This document shows positions 9,304 to 18,128 of a DNA stretch of 64,000 nt, one piece after another. The first letter of the stretch is position 1. Each line of letters starts with the position of its first letter. The stretch comes from Christensenellaceae bacterium (GTDB lineage Bacteria > Bacillota > Clostridia > Christensenellales > CAG-138), in assembly GCA_022510765.1 (NCBI GenBank), contig JAFLSU010000004.1, positions 3,608 through 67,607 on the forward strand. Direction: 5' to 3'. The translations under genes were made by a program, and so were the position numbers. Below the pieces are notes generated by a model. The model made no database searches, was not told where the DNA came from, and worked only from the letters and a program-made list of their open reading frames with translations.

Positions 9304-10128
9304 TTGTCACATAATAATCAAAAAAAAATTGCGGTTATCAATGATTTCTGCGGCTTTGGACGCTGTTCGATAGCCGCCTCACTGCCGATAATCTCCGCGC
9401 TGAAAATACAATGCTGTCCGCTGCCGACTTCAATATTCTCAAACCATACGGGGTACGACAGCTTCTTTTACACGGATTATACGAAGCATATGGATGCCTA
9501 TATGGATGAATGGATAAAGCTGGGGCTTCGTTTCAACGGCATCCTGACAGGCTTCCTCGGCTCCACCGAGCAAATACATATCGTAAAGCGGTTTTTGGAG
9601 CAGTTTAAGACCGAGGATACCATAGCAGTCGTCGATCCCATAATGGGCGACCACGGAAAGCTCTATCCCACATACTCATCGCATCTTGCGGAGAGGATGA
9701 ACCTGCTCGTGCCATATGCGGACATATTGACACCAAATCTCACGGAAGCCTGCATCCTGACCGAAACGGACTATCGTGAGGATATGGACGAAAGCATGCT
9801 CATGGAATTATGCAAAAAACTAAGCGATATGGGTCCAAAAAAAATCGTTATCTCCGGCATCGAGCGCGGCGACGACCTGGATAACTTCGTTTTCGAGGAT
9901 GGAAAGCCTGCGGTAACGATAAGGGAACACAAGGTCGGCTCATGCAGAGCGGGAACGGGCGATGTTTTTTCGTCCATCATCGCAGCGGATGCAGTCAATG
10001 GCCTCGATCTTACAAGCTCGGTTCGGCATGCTTCGGCGTTCATCGCTAAAGCACTTCGGCGCACGGTGGAGCTCGGCATTCCGGAAGACGACGGCATCTG
10101 TTTTGAAGAGTGTTTGTTGGAGATTTGA
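9304..10128 (+). CDS. pdxK: Pyridoxal/pyridoxine/pyridoxamine kinase
   Basis: Ribokinase-like fold of the PdxK type: INDFCGFGRCS, TGFLGS and GTGDVFSS (anion hole). TTG start after a GGGGGCGGG SD-like run. Confidence 0.85.
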   Translation: MSHNNQKKIAVINDFCGFGRCSIAASLPIISALKIQCCPLPTSIFSNHTGYDSFFYTDYTKHMDAYMDEWIKLGLRFNGILTGFLGSTEQIHIVKRFLEQFKTEDTIAVVDPIMGDHGKLYPTYSSHLAERMNLLVPYADILTPNLTEACILTETDYREDMDESMLMELCKKLSDMGPKKIVISGIERGDDLDNFVFEDGKPAVTIREHKVGSCRAGTGDVFSSIIAADAVNGLDLTSSVRHASAFIAKALRRTVELGIPEDDGICFEECLLEI

Positions 10129-10145
10129 AAGGAAATTGTATTGCT

Positions 10146-10643
10146 ATGAAGCATGACAGAATCAGACTATTATGTGTTGCAAGCCTATTTACCGCCGTGG
10201 TGTTTGTGTTTACCGCATATCTCCACATCCCAAGCCATACGGGCTATACCCATGTCGGAGACGCATTCATATACTTAGCCGCCTGCCTGCTGCCCCTGCC
10301 GTATGCGATGAGCGTGGGTGCTGTGGGAGCGGCGCTTGCTGATTGTCTCACGGGCTTTGCTATCTGGGCACCGGGGTCAATTATCATCAAGGTGGTCGCC
10401 GTATTGTTCTTTTCAAGAAAGAGCCACAAAATCGTTTCTCCAAAAAACATACTTGCGCTGCTTCCCGCAAGCGCAATGTGCGTTGGCGGCTATTACCTCT
10501 ACGAAGCGCTGATAACGGGAAATTTTATAGCTCCGCTCTCGGGAATTCCGGGCTGCATAACCCAGTCGGTTCTCAGCAGCGTTCTTTTCATCCTTCTCGG
10601 ATTTGCGTTGGATAAGCTCAAGCTTATACTAAAATACGTATAA
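10146..10643 (+). CDS. Small 5-6 TM membrane protein, ECF-transporter S-component-like (candidate B6 vitamer permease)
   Basis: ATG at 10146 (MKHDRIRLL..). Hydrophobic 165-aa protein with the size and topology of ECF substrate-binding components. Immediately downstream of pdxK. The function is inferred from context only. Confidence 0.55.
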   Translation: MKHDRIRLLCVASLFTAVVFVFTAYLHIPSHTGYTHVGDAFIYLAACLLPLPYAMSVGAVGAALADCLTGFAIWAPGSIIIKVVAVLFFSRKSHKIVSPKNILALLPASAMCVGGYYLYEALITGNFIAPLSGIPGCITQSVLSSVLFILLGFALDKLKLILKYV

Positions 10644-10783
10644 ATCATTTGTTGCATGTCCCGAAATTTTAACTTTCTGCACTGCATATTTGCACTGCAT
10701 ATTTGCGCTGCATACTTGCAGTGCATACTTGCAGTGCATACTTGCAGTGCATGTCGGTCAGGATTTTAACAGTATGTTAGTAT
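10626..10783 (+). mobile_element. MITE-like element, family A, copy 2, expanded by an internal 13-bp tandem repeat
   Basis: Ends are ATACTAAAATAC and GTATGTTAGTAT. Subterminal sequences align with copies 1 and 4. Its left end encodes the last codons and the stop of the S-component-like gene. Confidence 0.6.
10679..10753. repeat. 13-bp tandem repeat, about 5.7 copies
   Basis: GCACTGCATATTT x2, GCGCTGCATACTT x1 and GCAGTGCATACTT x2, plus a partial unit. Confidence 0.9.
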
Positions 10784-10962
10784 TATATATGTTAAAATCG
10801 GGTCAATAAATTTTCGTCACTAAAGCTTCATGGTGTTAAAACTTAAAGGCGGCTTGATTCCTGCGGGTTCGGTTTTGGGCATACATCGCATAGACTGATT
10901 TGTATATTATTAGGTCGATGGCGTTTACTGATATTGTTTTTCCAAATTATTCCAAATAAGTG

Positions 10963-10991
10963 TTGACAAACGGCAAAATAGGAATTATACT
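10963..10991 (+). promoter_or_regulatory. Candidate sigma-A promoter about 455 nt upstream of the LRR-dockerin gene
   Basis: TTGACA-17 nt-TATACT. Confidence 0.5.
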
Positions 10992-11277
10992 CGAATATAG
11001 AAACAAAAATGCGGCAGTCGAAGGGTGTTGGCGCACCCATCGACCTGCATATGTGGAACTGCACATACACAGCGGTTTATTCCGCGCACGCATAGTCTAT
11101 TATACGGTAGAGTTGTTGGCTTTTCAAGCTTTGTGCTGAGGTTGGTGGCTCCCGTGTGAGGTCGATTGCTTCTGTGTATGCTGTACACAGGGGCATTTTG
11201 TTTCTCCTAAGGATATGTAGGTGCAGGACGATACGCAGGATGGTCGCAAGGCTGTCTCGCTTTGGTCTTTTCCTCAG

Positions 11278-11344
11278 GCAGGATAATGCCTGTTGCAGGT
11301 ATGTTCCTGTTACAGGTAGATTCTGTTATGGATATTGTCCTGTC
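11278..11344 (+). repeat. Four tandem 16-17-nt repeats in the LRR-gene leader
   Basis: GCAGGATAATGCCTGTT, GCAGGTATGTTCCTGTT, ACAGGTAGATTCTGTT and ATGGATATTGTCCTGTC. The first three units can each form a short 3-4-bp CAG(G)/(C)CTG mini-hairpin; the fourth only a GGA/TCC stem. Confidence 0.6.
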
Positions 11345-11445
11345 CTACGTCCCCTTCGGGGATCGACTCATACGGGAGCTGCGGTTGTTTTGCGCTGCAG
11401 TTTTCGAGTTGTACCCAAAAAATTATTTTTTCGGAGGAAAAACAG

Positions 11446-13197
11446 ATGAAAAGCAAAACAACTTTGCGCGTCATTGCGTCCGCCCTTGCGCTGATGCTTT
11501 TGTTCGCGGCGATCCCCTTCGCGGCACTCGCGGAAGGAACCTATCCATTATTTAAGACGGCAGCCAGTTCTATTGTCAATTCTATAGCCGGATTGGCGAA
11601 AGACCATGCAAGCGAAAAAACAAACGACGCAGCAAAAGAACCTGCGGATTACCCGGTCAAAACCCCCGCCGGCTATAACGAGCACGATTATCAGAAGATG
11701 AGAGCGTTTCTTGAAATTACCGACCCGGACGGCATAAAGAACGGCGAAAAGTTGGACGATAATTATGACCCGGATGATCCTTCGACTTGGGGTGATTCTT
11801 CATACTGGAATGGAATTACTTGGACACCCAGCGATGATGGCATGAGGATGGAGGATGTATCTTTGTCCGGTTCAGACCTCTACGGACGGCTTGATTTAAG
11901 CGGCTGTACTGCGCTTCGGGAGCTGCAGTGCATCAGCAACCAACTTACAGAGCTGGATGTCAGCAACAATACCGCACTTAGGTATCTGTATTGCTATTAC
12001 AACCAGCTTACAGAGCTGGATTTAAGCAACAATTCCGCACTTGAGGTTCTGAATTGCGATGACAACCAACTTACAGTGCTGGATGTCAGCGGCTGCCCCG
12101 CACTTAGGTATCTGTCATGCGGTAGCAACCAGCTCACAGAGCTGGATGTCAGCAACAATACCGAACTTACTAGGCTGGATTGCGATAACAACCAATTTAC
12201 AGAGCTGGATGTCAGCAACAATACCGAACTTGGGGCTCTGGCTTGCAATAACAACCAACTCACAGAACTGGATGTCAGCAACAATACCGCACTTGTGGGT
12301 TTGTGGTGCCATGACAACCCACTCACTGAGCTGGATGTCAGCAACAATCTCGCACTCGAAGTGCTGGCTTGCGATAACAACCAACTTACAGAATTGGTTG
12401 TCAGCAACAATATCGAACTTACTAGGCTGTCTTGCTCTGGCAACCAACTTACAGAGTTGGATGTCAACAACAATATCGAACTTACTGGGCTGGCTTGCTC
12501 TGGCAACCAGCTTACAGAGCTGGATGTCAGCAACAATACCGAACTTGAGCGTCTGCATTGCAATGGCAACCAACTGACCGAGCTGGATTTTAGCAACAAC
12601 ACTCAGCTTTATTGGATGTCTTGCCATAACAACCAACTGACCGAGCTGGATTTCAGTAATAACCCTGAACTTTCAATTAACAGCATAATCGCGGAGGGAG
12701 ACGGCTTCATTGGTTACATTCAAAGCTATTGGGATTCGATCTACCATACGACCGCAGAACCCGCCGAAGGCAATACCTTTTTTGGCTGGTATGATACGGA
12801 CGGAAATCTGCTCTCAACGGAATTGGAATTCGATATTGCAGATTGCCCGGTTACTGACTTTGTAGCTAAATTCGCTCCCGGAGGCGATGACCCCGATCCT
12901 ACACCGATTCCGACACCTACTCCTACACCCGGATTTACGCCCGAATCCGACGGCGACATTGACGGTGACGGCAGAACCACCGTCGCAGACTCCATCCTTG
13001 CCGCACGTTTCGCGCTGGGTCTTATGGAGCTTACCGACGAGCAGATGGAACACGCTGATGTTGACGGCAACGGAACGGTCAACGTAGCCGATGCAATAAA
13101 CATTGCGCGCATGGCACTCGGATTGATTCAGCCGCAACATATTCGCATTGCCCTTGGATTGATGCAGCCGAACGTATTCGCATTGCGAAAACAATAA
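11446..13197 (+). CDS. Secreted leucine-rich-repeat protein with C-terminal type-I dockerin
   Basis: ATG at 11446 after GGAGGA. Signal peptide MKSKTTLRVIASALALMLLFAAIPFAALA. About 12.5 tandem 21-aa LRRs (NQLTELDVSNNTxLxxLxC). PT linker. Dockerin duplicated Ca-binding segments DIDGDGRTTVADS and DVDGNGTVNVADA. Confidence 0.85.
   Translation: MKSKTTLRVIASALALMLLFAAIPFAALAEGTYPLFKTAASSIVNSIAGLAKDHASEKTNDAAKEPADYPVKTPAGYNEHDYQKMRAFLEITDPDGIKNGEKLDDNYDPDDPSTWGDSSYWNGITWTPSDDGMRMEDVSLSGSDLYGRLDLSGCTALRELQCISNQLTELDVSNNTALRYLYCYYNQLTELDLSNNSALEVLNCDDNQLTVLDVSGCPALRYLSCGSNQLTELDVSNNTELTRLDCDNNQFTELDVSNNTELGALACNNNQLTELDVSNNTALVGLWCHDNPLTELDVSNNLALEVLACDNNQLTELVVSNNIELTRLSCSGNQLTELDVNNNIELTGLACSGNQLTELDVSNNTELERLHCNGNQLTELDFSNNTQLYWMSCHNNQLTELDFSNNPELSINSIIAEGDGFIGYIQSYWDSIYHTTAEPAEGNTFFGWYDTDGNLLSTELEFDIADCPVTDFVAKFAPGGDDPDPTPIPTPTPTPGFTPESDGDIDGDGRTTVADSILAARFALGLMELTDEQMEHADVDGNGTVNVADAINIARMALGLIQPQHIRIALGLMQPNVFALRKQ
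11890..12670 (+). repeat. 63-bp in-frame tandem repeat array (LRR units) inside the dockerin protein gene
   Basis: About 12.5 units of 63 bp with high nucleotide identity (CAACCAACTTACAGAGCTGGATGTCAGCAACAATACC..). Confidence 0.9.
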
Positions 13198-13258
13198 ATC
13201 AGCTCAGACGGTCCGAATAAAGCCCTTTGAGCAAAAAACAGCCCTTACCTTCATCCAA

Positions 13259-13296
13259 AGAGTGCGCCGTGCGATCGTTCATGGTGCGCTCTTTTT
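13259..13296 (+). terminator. Intrinsic terminator after the LRR-dockerin gene
   Basis: AGAGTGCGCC / GGTGCGCTCT stem (two G-U pairs) followed by TTTTT. Confidence 0.55.
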
Positions 13297-13302
13297 ATGC
13301 TT

Positions 13303-13375
13303 ATACTAACATACGCCTAAGTCATTTATTGTATGATTAAAGACAAGATTTTGGTTGGCAAATAAGAAATTTGAT
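13303..13375 (+). mobile_element. MITE-like element, family A, copy 3 (right end degenerate)
   Basis: The left end (ATACTAACATACGCCTAAGTCATTTATTGTATG) matches copy 4. The right end (AAGATTTTGGTTGGCAAATAAG) only loosely matches AAGATTTTAGCGGTATGTTAGTATAAG. Confidence 0.4.
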
Positions 13376-13477
13376 GAAATACCGCCCGAACAGTAAACAG
13401 CGTCCGAGCGGTTTTTAAGTATCTATTCGATTATATTTTTACTAGGTCAACCGAGAAAAATCATGTTTTGATGAAAA

Positions 13478-14134
13478 TTAAACCATCGGCTTAAGCTCGG
13501 GGGAGATGATGAGCTGCGCTTCGGTCGCCGCCTGAATCTGCTCCACGGTGAACTCGGGGTTATACTCCGTCAGCAAAAGTCCGTCGGGGGTCACGACCAT
13601 AACGCCCATCTCGGTGATGATCTTGGTCACGCATTTGACGGCGGTGTAGGGCAGTTTGCACTTTTTGAGTATCTTCGGATTGCCCTTTGCGGTATGCTCC
13701 ATCGCAACGATGACGTTCTTTGCGCCAACGAGCAGGTCCATCGCGCCGCCCATGCCGGGCATCTTTTTGCCGGGGATGATCCAGTTGGACAGCGAGCCTT
13801 CCTCATCGACCTCAAGACCGCCGAGGATGGTTGCGTCAACATGACCGCCGCGAACGAGACCAAATGAAACCGAGCTGTCGATGAAGCAGCCGCCGTAAGC
13901 AACGGCGGAGGGGCTGCCGCCTGCGTCAACCACATGTATCGGGTCGCGGTTTTCATCGTTCACGGTTCCTGCGCCGATGGTGCCGTTTTCGCTGTGGAGG
14001 ATGACATGAACGTCCTCAGGCAGGTAATTGGGAACCAGCGTGGGAAGACCGATGCCGAGATTGACTACATCGCCATCCTTGAGTTCCTTTGCGACGCGCG
14101 CTGCGATAAACGCCTTGATTTGAGCCTTATCCAT
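13478..14134 (-). CDS. 3-oxoacid/acetoacetate CoA-transferase subunit B
   Basis: 218 aa with the catalytic-glutamate SENG motif (ILHSENGTIGAG). Directly follows subunit A with a start/stop overlap. Confidence 0.9.
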   Translation of the reverse strand: MDKAQIKAFIAARVAKELKDGDVVNLGIGLPTLVPNYLPEDVHVILHSENGTIGAGTVNDENRDPIHVVDAGGSPSAVAYGGCFIDSSVSFGLVRGGHVDATILGGLEVDEEGSLSNWIIPGKKMPGMGGAMDLLVGAKNVIVAMEHTAKGNPKILKKCKLPYTAVKCVTKIITEMGVMVVTPDGLLLTEYNPEFTVEQIQAATEAQLIISPELKPMV

Positions 14135-14823
14135 TAGTATTTTCCTCCTTCGACAACGTAATCTACAAATACGCCGGGAGTGCGCACATCCTCGGGCGCG
14201 ATGCAGCCGACTTCGACGATTTTCTCACCCTCGGCAATGACAACATCGGCGGCGGTCGCCATAACAATGTTGAAGTTGCTCGTGGTGCCCCTGTACCAGA
14301 CGTTTCCGGCCTTATCGACCTTTGAACCGCCGATGACGGCGAAATCAGCACGAACGGGAGCCATCAAAAGATAGTCACGACCGTTGATGGTCTGCTTGCC
14401 AAGGCAGAGCGGGTTATCTTCAACGATGGTTCCGACACCCGTGGGAGTCAGCACGCCGCCGAGACCCGCGCCACCGGCGCGGATCATCTCCGCCAGCGAA
14501 CCCTGCGGGATCAGCACAACTTCGAGCGTACCCTCCTGCATGGACTGGGTCGCAACCTCGGGGTTGAGACCAACATGGGTCGCGATGAGCTTTTTGACCT
14601 GCCTGTTATGAACGAGCTTTGCAACGCCGTAATATTCTTCGCCCATGGGGCCGCCGGGCATCGCTGCATCGTTGCAGATCATCGTAAGATCCTTGACACC
14701 GCTCTTTGAGAGCGCATCAATGAACTTGTGAGCGTTTCCGCATCCCATAAAGCCGCCGAACATGACGGTCGCGCCGTCGGGGATCAGCTTTACGGCTTCT
14801 TCAATGGTAATAAATTTAGCCAT
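14134..14823 (-). CDS. 3-oxoacid/acetoacetate CoA-transferase subunit A
   Basis: 229 aa. The N-terminus (IPDGATVMFGGFMGCG) is typical of family I CoA-transferase alpha subunits. Confidence 0.9.
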   Translation of the reverse strand: MAKFITIEEAVKLIPDGATVMFGGFMGCGNAHKFIDALSKSGVKDLTMICNDAAMPGGPMGEEYYGVAKLVHNRQVKKLIATHVGLNPEVATQSMQEGTLEVVLIPQGSLAEMIRAGGAGLGGVLTPTGVGTIVEDNPLCLGKQTINGRDYLLMAPVRADFAVIGGSKVDKAGNVWYRGTTSNFNIVMATAADVVIAEGEKIVEVGCIAPEDVRTPGVFVDYVVEGGKY

Positions 14824-14861
14824 ATATCATAATCCTTTCAGAATGTCGATTTCGCTTAAAA

Positions 14862-16058
14862 TCAGCACTTTTCCCAGATCGTGGCAACGCCCATGCCGCC
14901 TCCGATACAGAGGGTCGCAAGTCCCTTGTGGGCTTCTTCACGCTTCTGCATCTCGTGAAGCAGGGTGACGATGATGCGCGCACCGGATGCGCCAACGGGA
15001 TGACCGAGGGAAATTGCACCGCCGTTTACGTTGACCTTATCCATATCGAAACCGAGGTCGTGTGCTACTGCGCAGCTCTGTGCCGCAAATGCTTCGTTTG
15101 CTTCAACGAGGTCGATGTCATTTATCGAAAGTCCGGCCTTTGCCATCGCCTGCTTTGAAGCGGGAACGGGACCTACGCCCATGATTGCGGGATCCACGCC
15201 GCCCTGACCCCAGCTTACGAGCTTAGCCATGGGCTTGAGGCCATACTTTTCAACCGCTTCGCCCGATGCTATGACGAGTGCGGCCGCTCCGTCGTTAATG
15301 CCCGAAGCGTTGCCCGCGGTTACGCGCTGACCCTTGCCGCCGTCAGCGGTCGCGAATGCGCCACGGAGCTTCTGAAGGCCCTCGATGGTCGATCCCGCAC
15401 GGGGAAATTCGTCCTTTTTAAATTCAACTTCCTGCTTTTTGACCTTGATCATTACGGGAACGATCTCATCATCGAACTTGCCCGCATTCTGAGCGGCTTC
15501 GGTCTTCTGCTGGGATGCGAGAGCGAACTCGTCGAGCTGCTCACGGGTGAGACCCCACTGATCGCAGACGTTCTCTGCGGTGGTACCCATGTGATAATTA
15601 TTGTAGACATCCCAAAGTCCGTCGCTAATCATCGTATCGACCATGGTGTTGTTGCCCATGCGAGCGCCCCAACGAGCGGCGGGAATGGCATAGGGAGCGG
15701 AGGACATATTCTCCGTACCGCCGGCAACGACGATGTCGGCATCGCCGCATGCGATGGCGCGAGCTGCCTCGATAACGGACTTCATGCCGCTGCCGCAGAC
15801 CATTCCAACGGTGTATGCGGGAACCTCAACCGGGATGCCCGCGCCGAGGCTGACCTGACGGGCGACGTTCTGACCAAGACCTGCGGTCAGTATGCAGCCG
15901 AACATGACCTCATCAACGTTTTCGGGTGCAACGCCTGCGCGATTCAGCGCTTCTTTAACTACGATGGAGCCGAGCTTTGCCGCGGGGACATCCTTGAGGG
16001 AGCCGCCGAAGGAGCCGATAGCAGTACGGCAGCAGTTTACAACATAAATATCTCTCAT
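14862..16058 (-). CDS. Acetyl-CoA C-acetyltransferase (thiolase)
   Basis: 398 aa. Active-site Cys context VCGSGMKS, plus [12 protein letters not shown] and C-terminal CIGGGMG. Confidence 0.95.
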   Translation of the reverse strand: MRDIYVVNCCRTAIGSFGGSLKDVPAAKLGSIVVKEALNRAGVAPENVDEVMFGCILTAGLGQNVARQVSLGAGIPVEVPAYTVGMVCGSGMKSVIEAARAIACGDADIVVAGGTENMSSAPYAIPAARWGARMGNNTMVDTMISDGLWDVYNNYHMGTTAENVCDQWGLTREQLDEFALASQQKTEAAQNAGKFDDEIVPVMIKVKKQEVEFKKDEFPRAGSTIEGLQKLRGAFATADGGKGQRVTAGNASGINDGAAALVIASGEAVEKYGLKPMAKLVSWGQGGVDPAIMGVGPVPASKQAMAKAGLSINDIDLVEANEAFAAQSCAVAHDLGFDMDKVNVNGGAISLGHPVGASGARIIVTLLHEMQKREEAHKGLATLCIGGGMGVATIWEKC

Positions 16059-16119
16059 TTGAAACCTCCAAAAAATCTTCCTGTTTAAACGGGTTAGCCG
16101 TTATAAATACCTGATTACA

Positions 16120-16148
16120 AGTATATACCTGCTCGATGTAAAAATCAA
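16120..16148 (-). promoter_or_regulatory. Candidate promoter of the thiolase/CoA-transferase operon
   Basis: Minus strand TTGATT-17 nt-TATACT. Confidence 0.5.
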
Positions 16149-16185
16149 GCATTGATGCGCAGTTTAAGACAAAAATTCAAGAATT

Positions 16186-16214
16186 TAAGAAAAGAAGGGA
16201 GCCGGACAGCTCCC
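16186..16214 (-). terminator. Intrinsic terminator after aspS
   Basis: Minus strand GGGAGC-loop-GCTCCC followed by TTCTTTTCTT. Confidence 0.6.
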
Positions 16215-16227
16215 CTAAAAATATAAC

Positions 16228-17562
16228 CTATGGATTTAGCCTGTCGGGGCTTCTGAAGAGGAACATCGCTTCCTTAATATTGAGTCCGAGCAGCAGCATC
16301 GTAAGGCGGTCAACGCCGAGACCGAATCCGCCATGGGGCGGGCAGCCGTACTTAAAGAACTCAAGATAGAACTTTACGTCCTCATCAAGACCCTTTTCCT
16401 GCGCCTGCTTTTTGAGCTGTTCGTACCTGTGTTCACGTTGCGCGCCGGTCGTGATCTCGACACCGCGCCAGATGAGGTCGTAGCCCTGGGGTACGCCATT
16501 CTCGTCGCGCATATGGTAGAACGCTCGTTTCTCTGCGGAATAATCGGTTATGAACAGGAACTCGTGACCAAAATGCTTCTTAACCCAATCGAAGCTCAGC
16601 CTCTCAGCCTCGGTGGTCAGATCGCCGCGATCCTCGTCTGCGGGAACATATCCGAACTCTTTTTCAAGTTCCGAATAAAGCTCCTTTAGCATGATAACGG
16701 GGAAGGGCAGCGTGGGAACGATCAGATCTATGCCGAAAAACTCTTTGATTTGTTCGCCAAATTTCTCCTTTACTACGCCGAGTGCATAGGTGAGAATCTC
16801 CGCTTCGATCTGCATTACATCGCGATAGGATTCGATATAGCTGAATTCGAGGTCGAAGCCGGTAAACTCCGTCGTGTGCTTGCTTGTAAAAGATTTTTCA
16901 GCGCGGAAGACGGGGCCTACCTCAAAGATGCGCTCAAAGCCGCTTGCCATCGCCATCTGCTTGTAGAACTGAGGACTTTGGGCGAGGTACGCCTTCCTGT
17001 CAAAGTATTCGACCTCAAACACGTCCGCTCCGCTCTCGCTGGCCGCTCCGATGAGCTTCGGTGTGTGGATCTCGGTAAAATCATGCTCAACGAGATATTG
17101 GCGCATTGCGTTTACAAGACAGGATTGAATCCTGAACAAAAGCTGATTATCGTCAGTCCTCAGATCGATCCAGCGGTAGTTGAGCCGTTGATCGATCGCT
17201 GAACGCTCGACCGCCTGCTTTTTCTTGGTTGCGGGAATCTCCTTGCGAACGATGGGAAGCGCGTCCGCAACCGCCTCAATATAGAGTTCGGAAGGGAGCA
17301 GCTCGATTCCGCCCATTTTCACATACTCATTCTCCATGACCTGGCCAACGCATGTTATGACGGAGTCCGGAGTGATCCTTGCAATGTCGTCAACAAGCTG
17401 AGGACATTTTTCCTTTTCAACGGTTACCTGAAGCTTGCCCGTGATGTCCTTTATGACGATGAAGGCCATCGACTTGCCGTCACGTATGTTTTCGACAAAG
17501 CCTTGCACCTTTGCGGTCTGGCCCGCCACCAATCTTATATCCCTTATTAAGGTTCTTTCCAA
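16228..17562 (-). CDS. aspS: Aspartate--tRNA ligase, archaeal/short type (possibly non-discriminating)
   Basis: 444 aa, class IIb. OB-fold N-terminus, motif 2 (VGPVFRAEKS) and motif 3 (GGFGLGVDRL), C-terminal FRSPDRLNP. TTG start after GGAAAGGAA. Confidence 0.9.
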   Translation of the reverse strand: MERTLIRDIRLVAGQTAKVQGFVENIRDGKSMAFIVIKDITGKLQVTVEKEKCPQLVDDIARITPDSVITCVGQVMENEYVKMGGIELLPSELYIEAVADALPIVRKEIPATKKKQAVERSAIDQRLNYRWIDLRTDDNQLLFRIQSCLVNAMRQYLVEHDFTEIHTPKLIGAASESGADVFEVEYFDRKAYLAQSPQFYKQMAMASGFERIFEVGPVFRAEKSFTSKHTTEFTGFDLEFSYIESYRDVMQIEAEILTYALGVVKEKFGEQIKEFFGIDLIVPTLPFPVIMLKELYSELEKEFGYVPADEDRGDLTTEAERLSFDWVKKHFGHEFLFITDYSAEKRAFYHMRDENGVPQGYDLIWRGVEITTGAQREHRYEQLKKQAQEKGLDEDVKFYLEFFKYGCPPHGGFGLGVDRLTMLLLGLNIKEAMFLFRSPDRLNP

Positions 17563-17658
17563 AATATATTCCTTTCCCGAGCGACCACAAAAGCGATAGC
17601 CCGCAGCTTGAAAAATGAGCGATCCCTCAAGCCCTTCTCCGTTTGAATTCTCAATGAT

Positions 17659-17686
17659 ATTATACGCAGAATTGGAATAAAATCAA
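17659..17686 (-). promoter_or_regulatory. Candidate promoter of aspS
   Basis: Minus strand TTGATT-16 nt-TATAAT. Confidence 0.4.
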
Positions 17687-18128
17687 GGCTTTGTCAGCAT
17701 ATTGATAGGGAATCAATCAAGGCGATGGCCGAACGGGAAAATCGGAAGCACCGAACGTGAAGGGAAACAAGACAAATCGGATGCACATACGACCTATATA
17801 GTATTACGAGAGGAAATTGTGTACAGATTTTGAATTTTTTCGATTTTGGAGTATAAAATGATTGTGAGCTATTGCCATTCAGTTCATTTTCCCGTAAAAT
17901 ATGGTTAGTGAGTATGCGTTCGGTTTACGGCTCGCCTTTGCCATGCAAACAGGCTTTTAAGGTGTCGTAATCGCAAACGATCAAGGTGGAATTCGGGGCT
18001 GTGACTGCTTCGAATGCGCAAACCCTGCTCAAACAAAAAGTTTACATTTTAGGATACAATGGAATGTAAACTAAGAGGCGCGGGATGAATATCATATCCA
18101 AGCGCTTACACTTAGGAGGTCTCCCTTT

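Noticed and set aside
11335-11445. The N-terminal extension of the LRR-dockerin ORF given in the ORF track (start 11335).
   Set aside because: The internal ATG at 11446 has a GGAGGA SD and is followed at once by a classical signal peptide. The upstream 37 codons look non-coding.
11890-12670. A regular 63-bp repeat array that superficially resembles a CRISPR or satellite array.
   Set aside because: The units are contiguous with no unique spacers. They are in frame within a long ORF and translate to canonical 21-aa leucine-rich repeats.
17563-17900. I searched for a T-box leader upstream of aspS.
   Set aside because: The minus strand has no AGAGA box, no GGTGGTACCGCG-like T-box sequence and no terminator. 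Only a plain promoter-like TTGATT-16-TATAAT is present.
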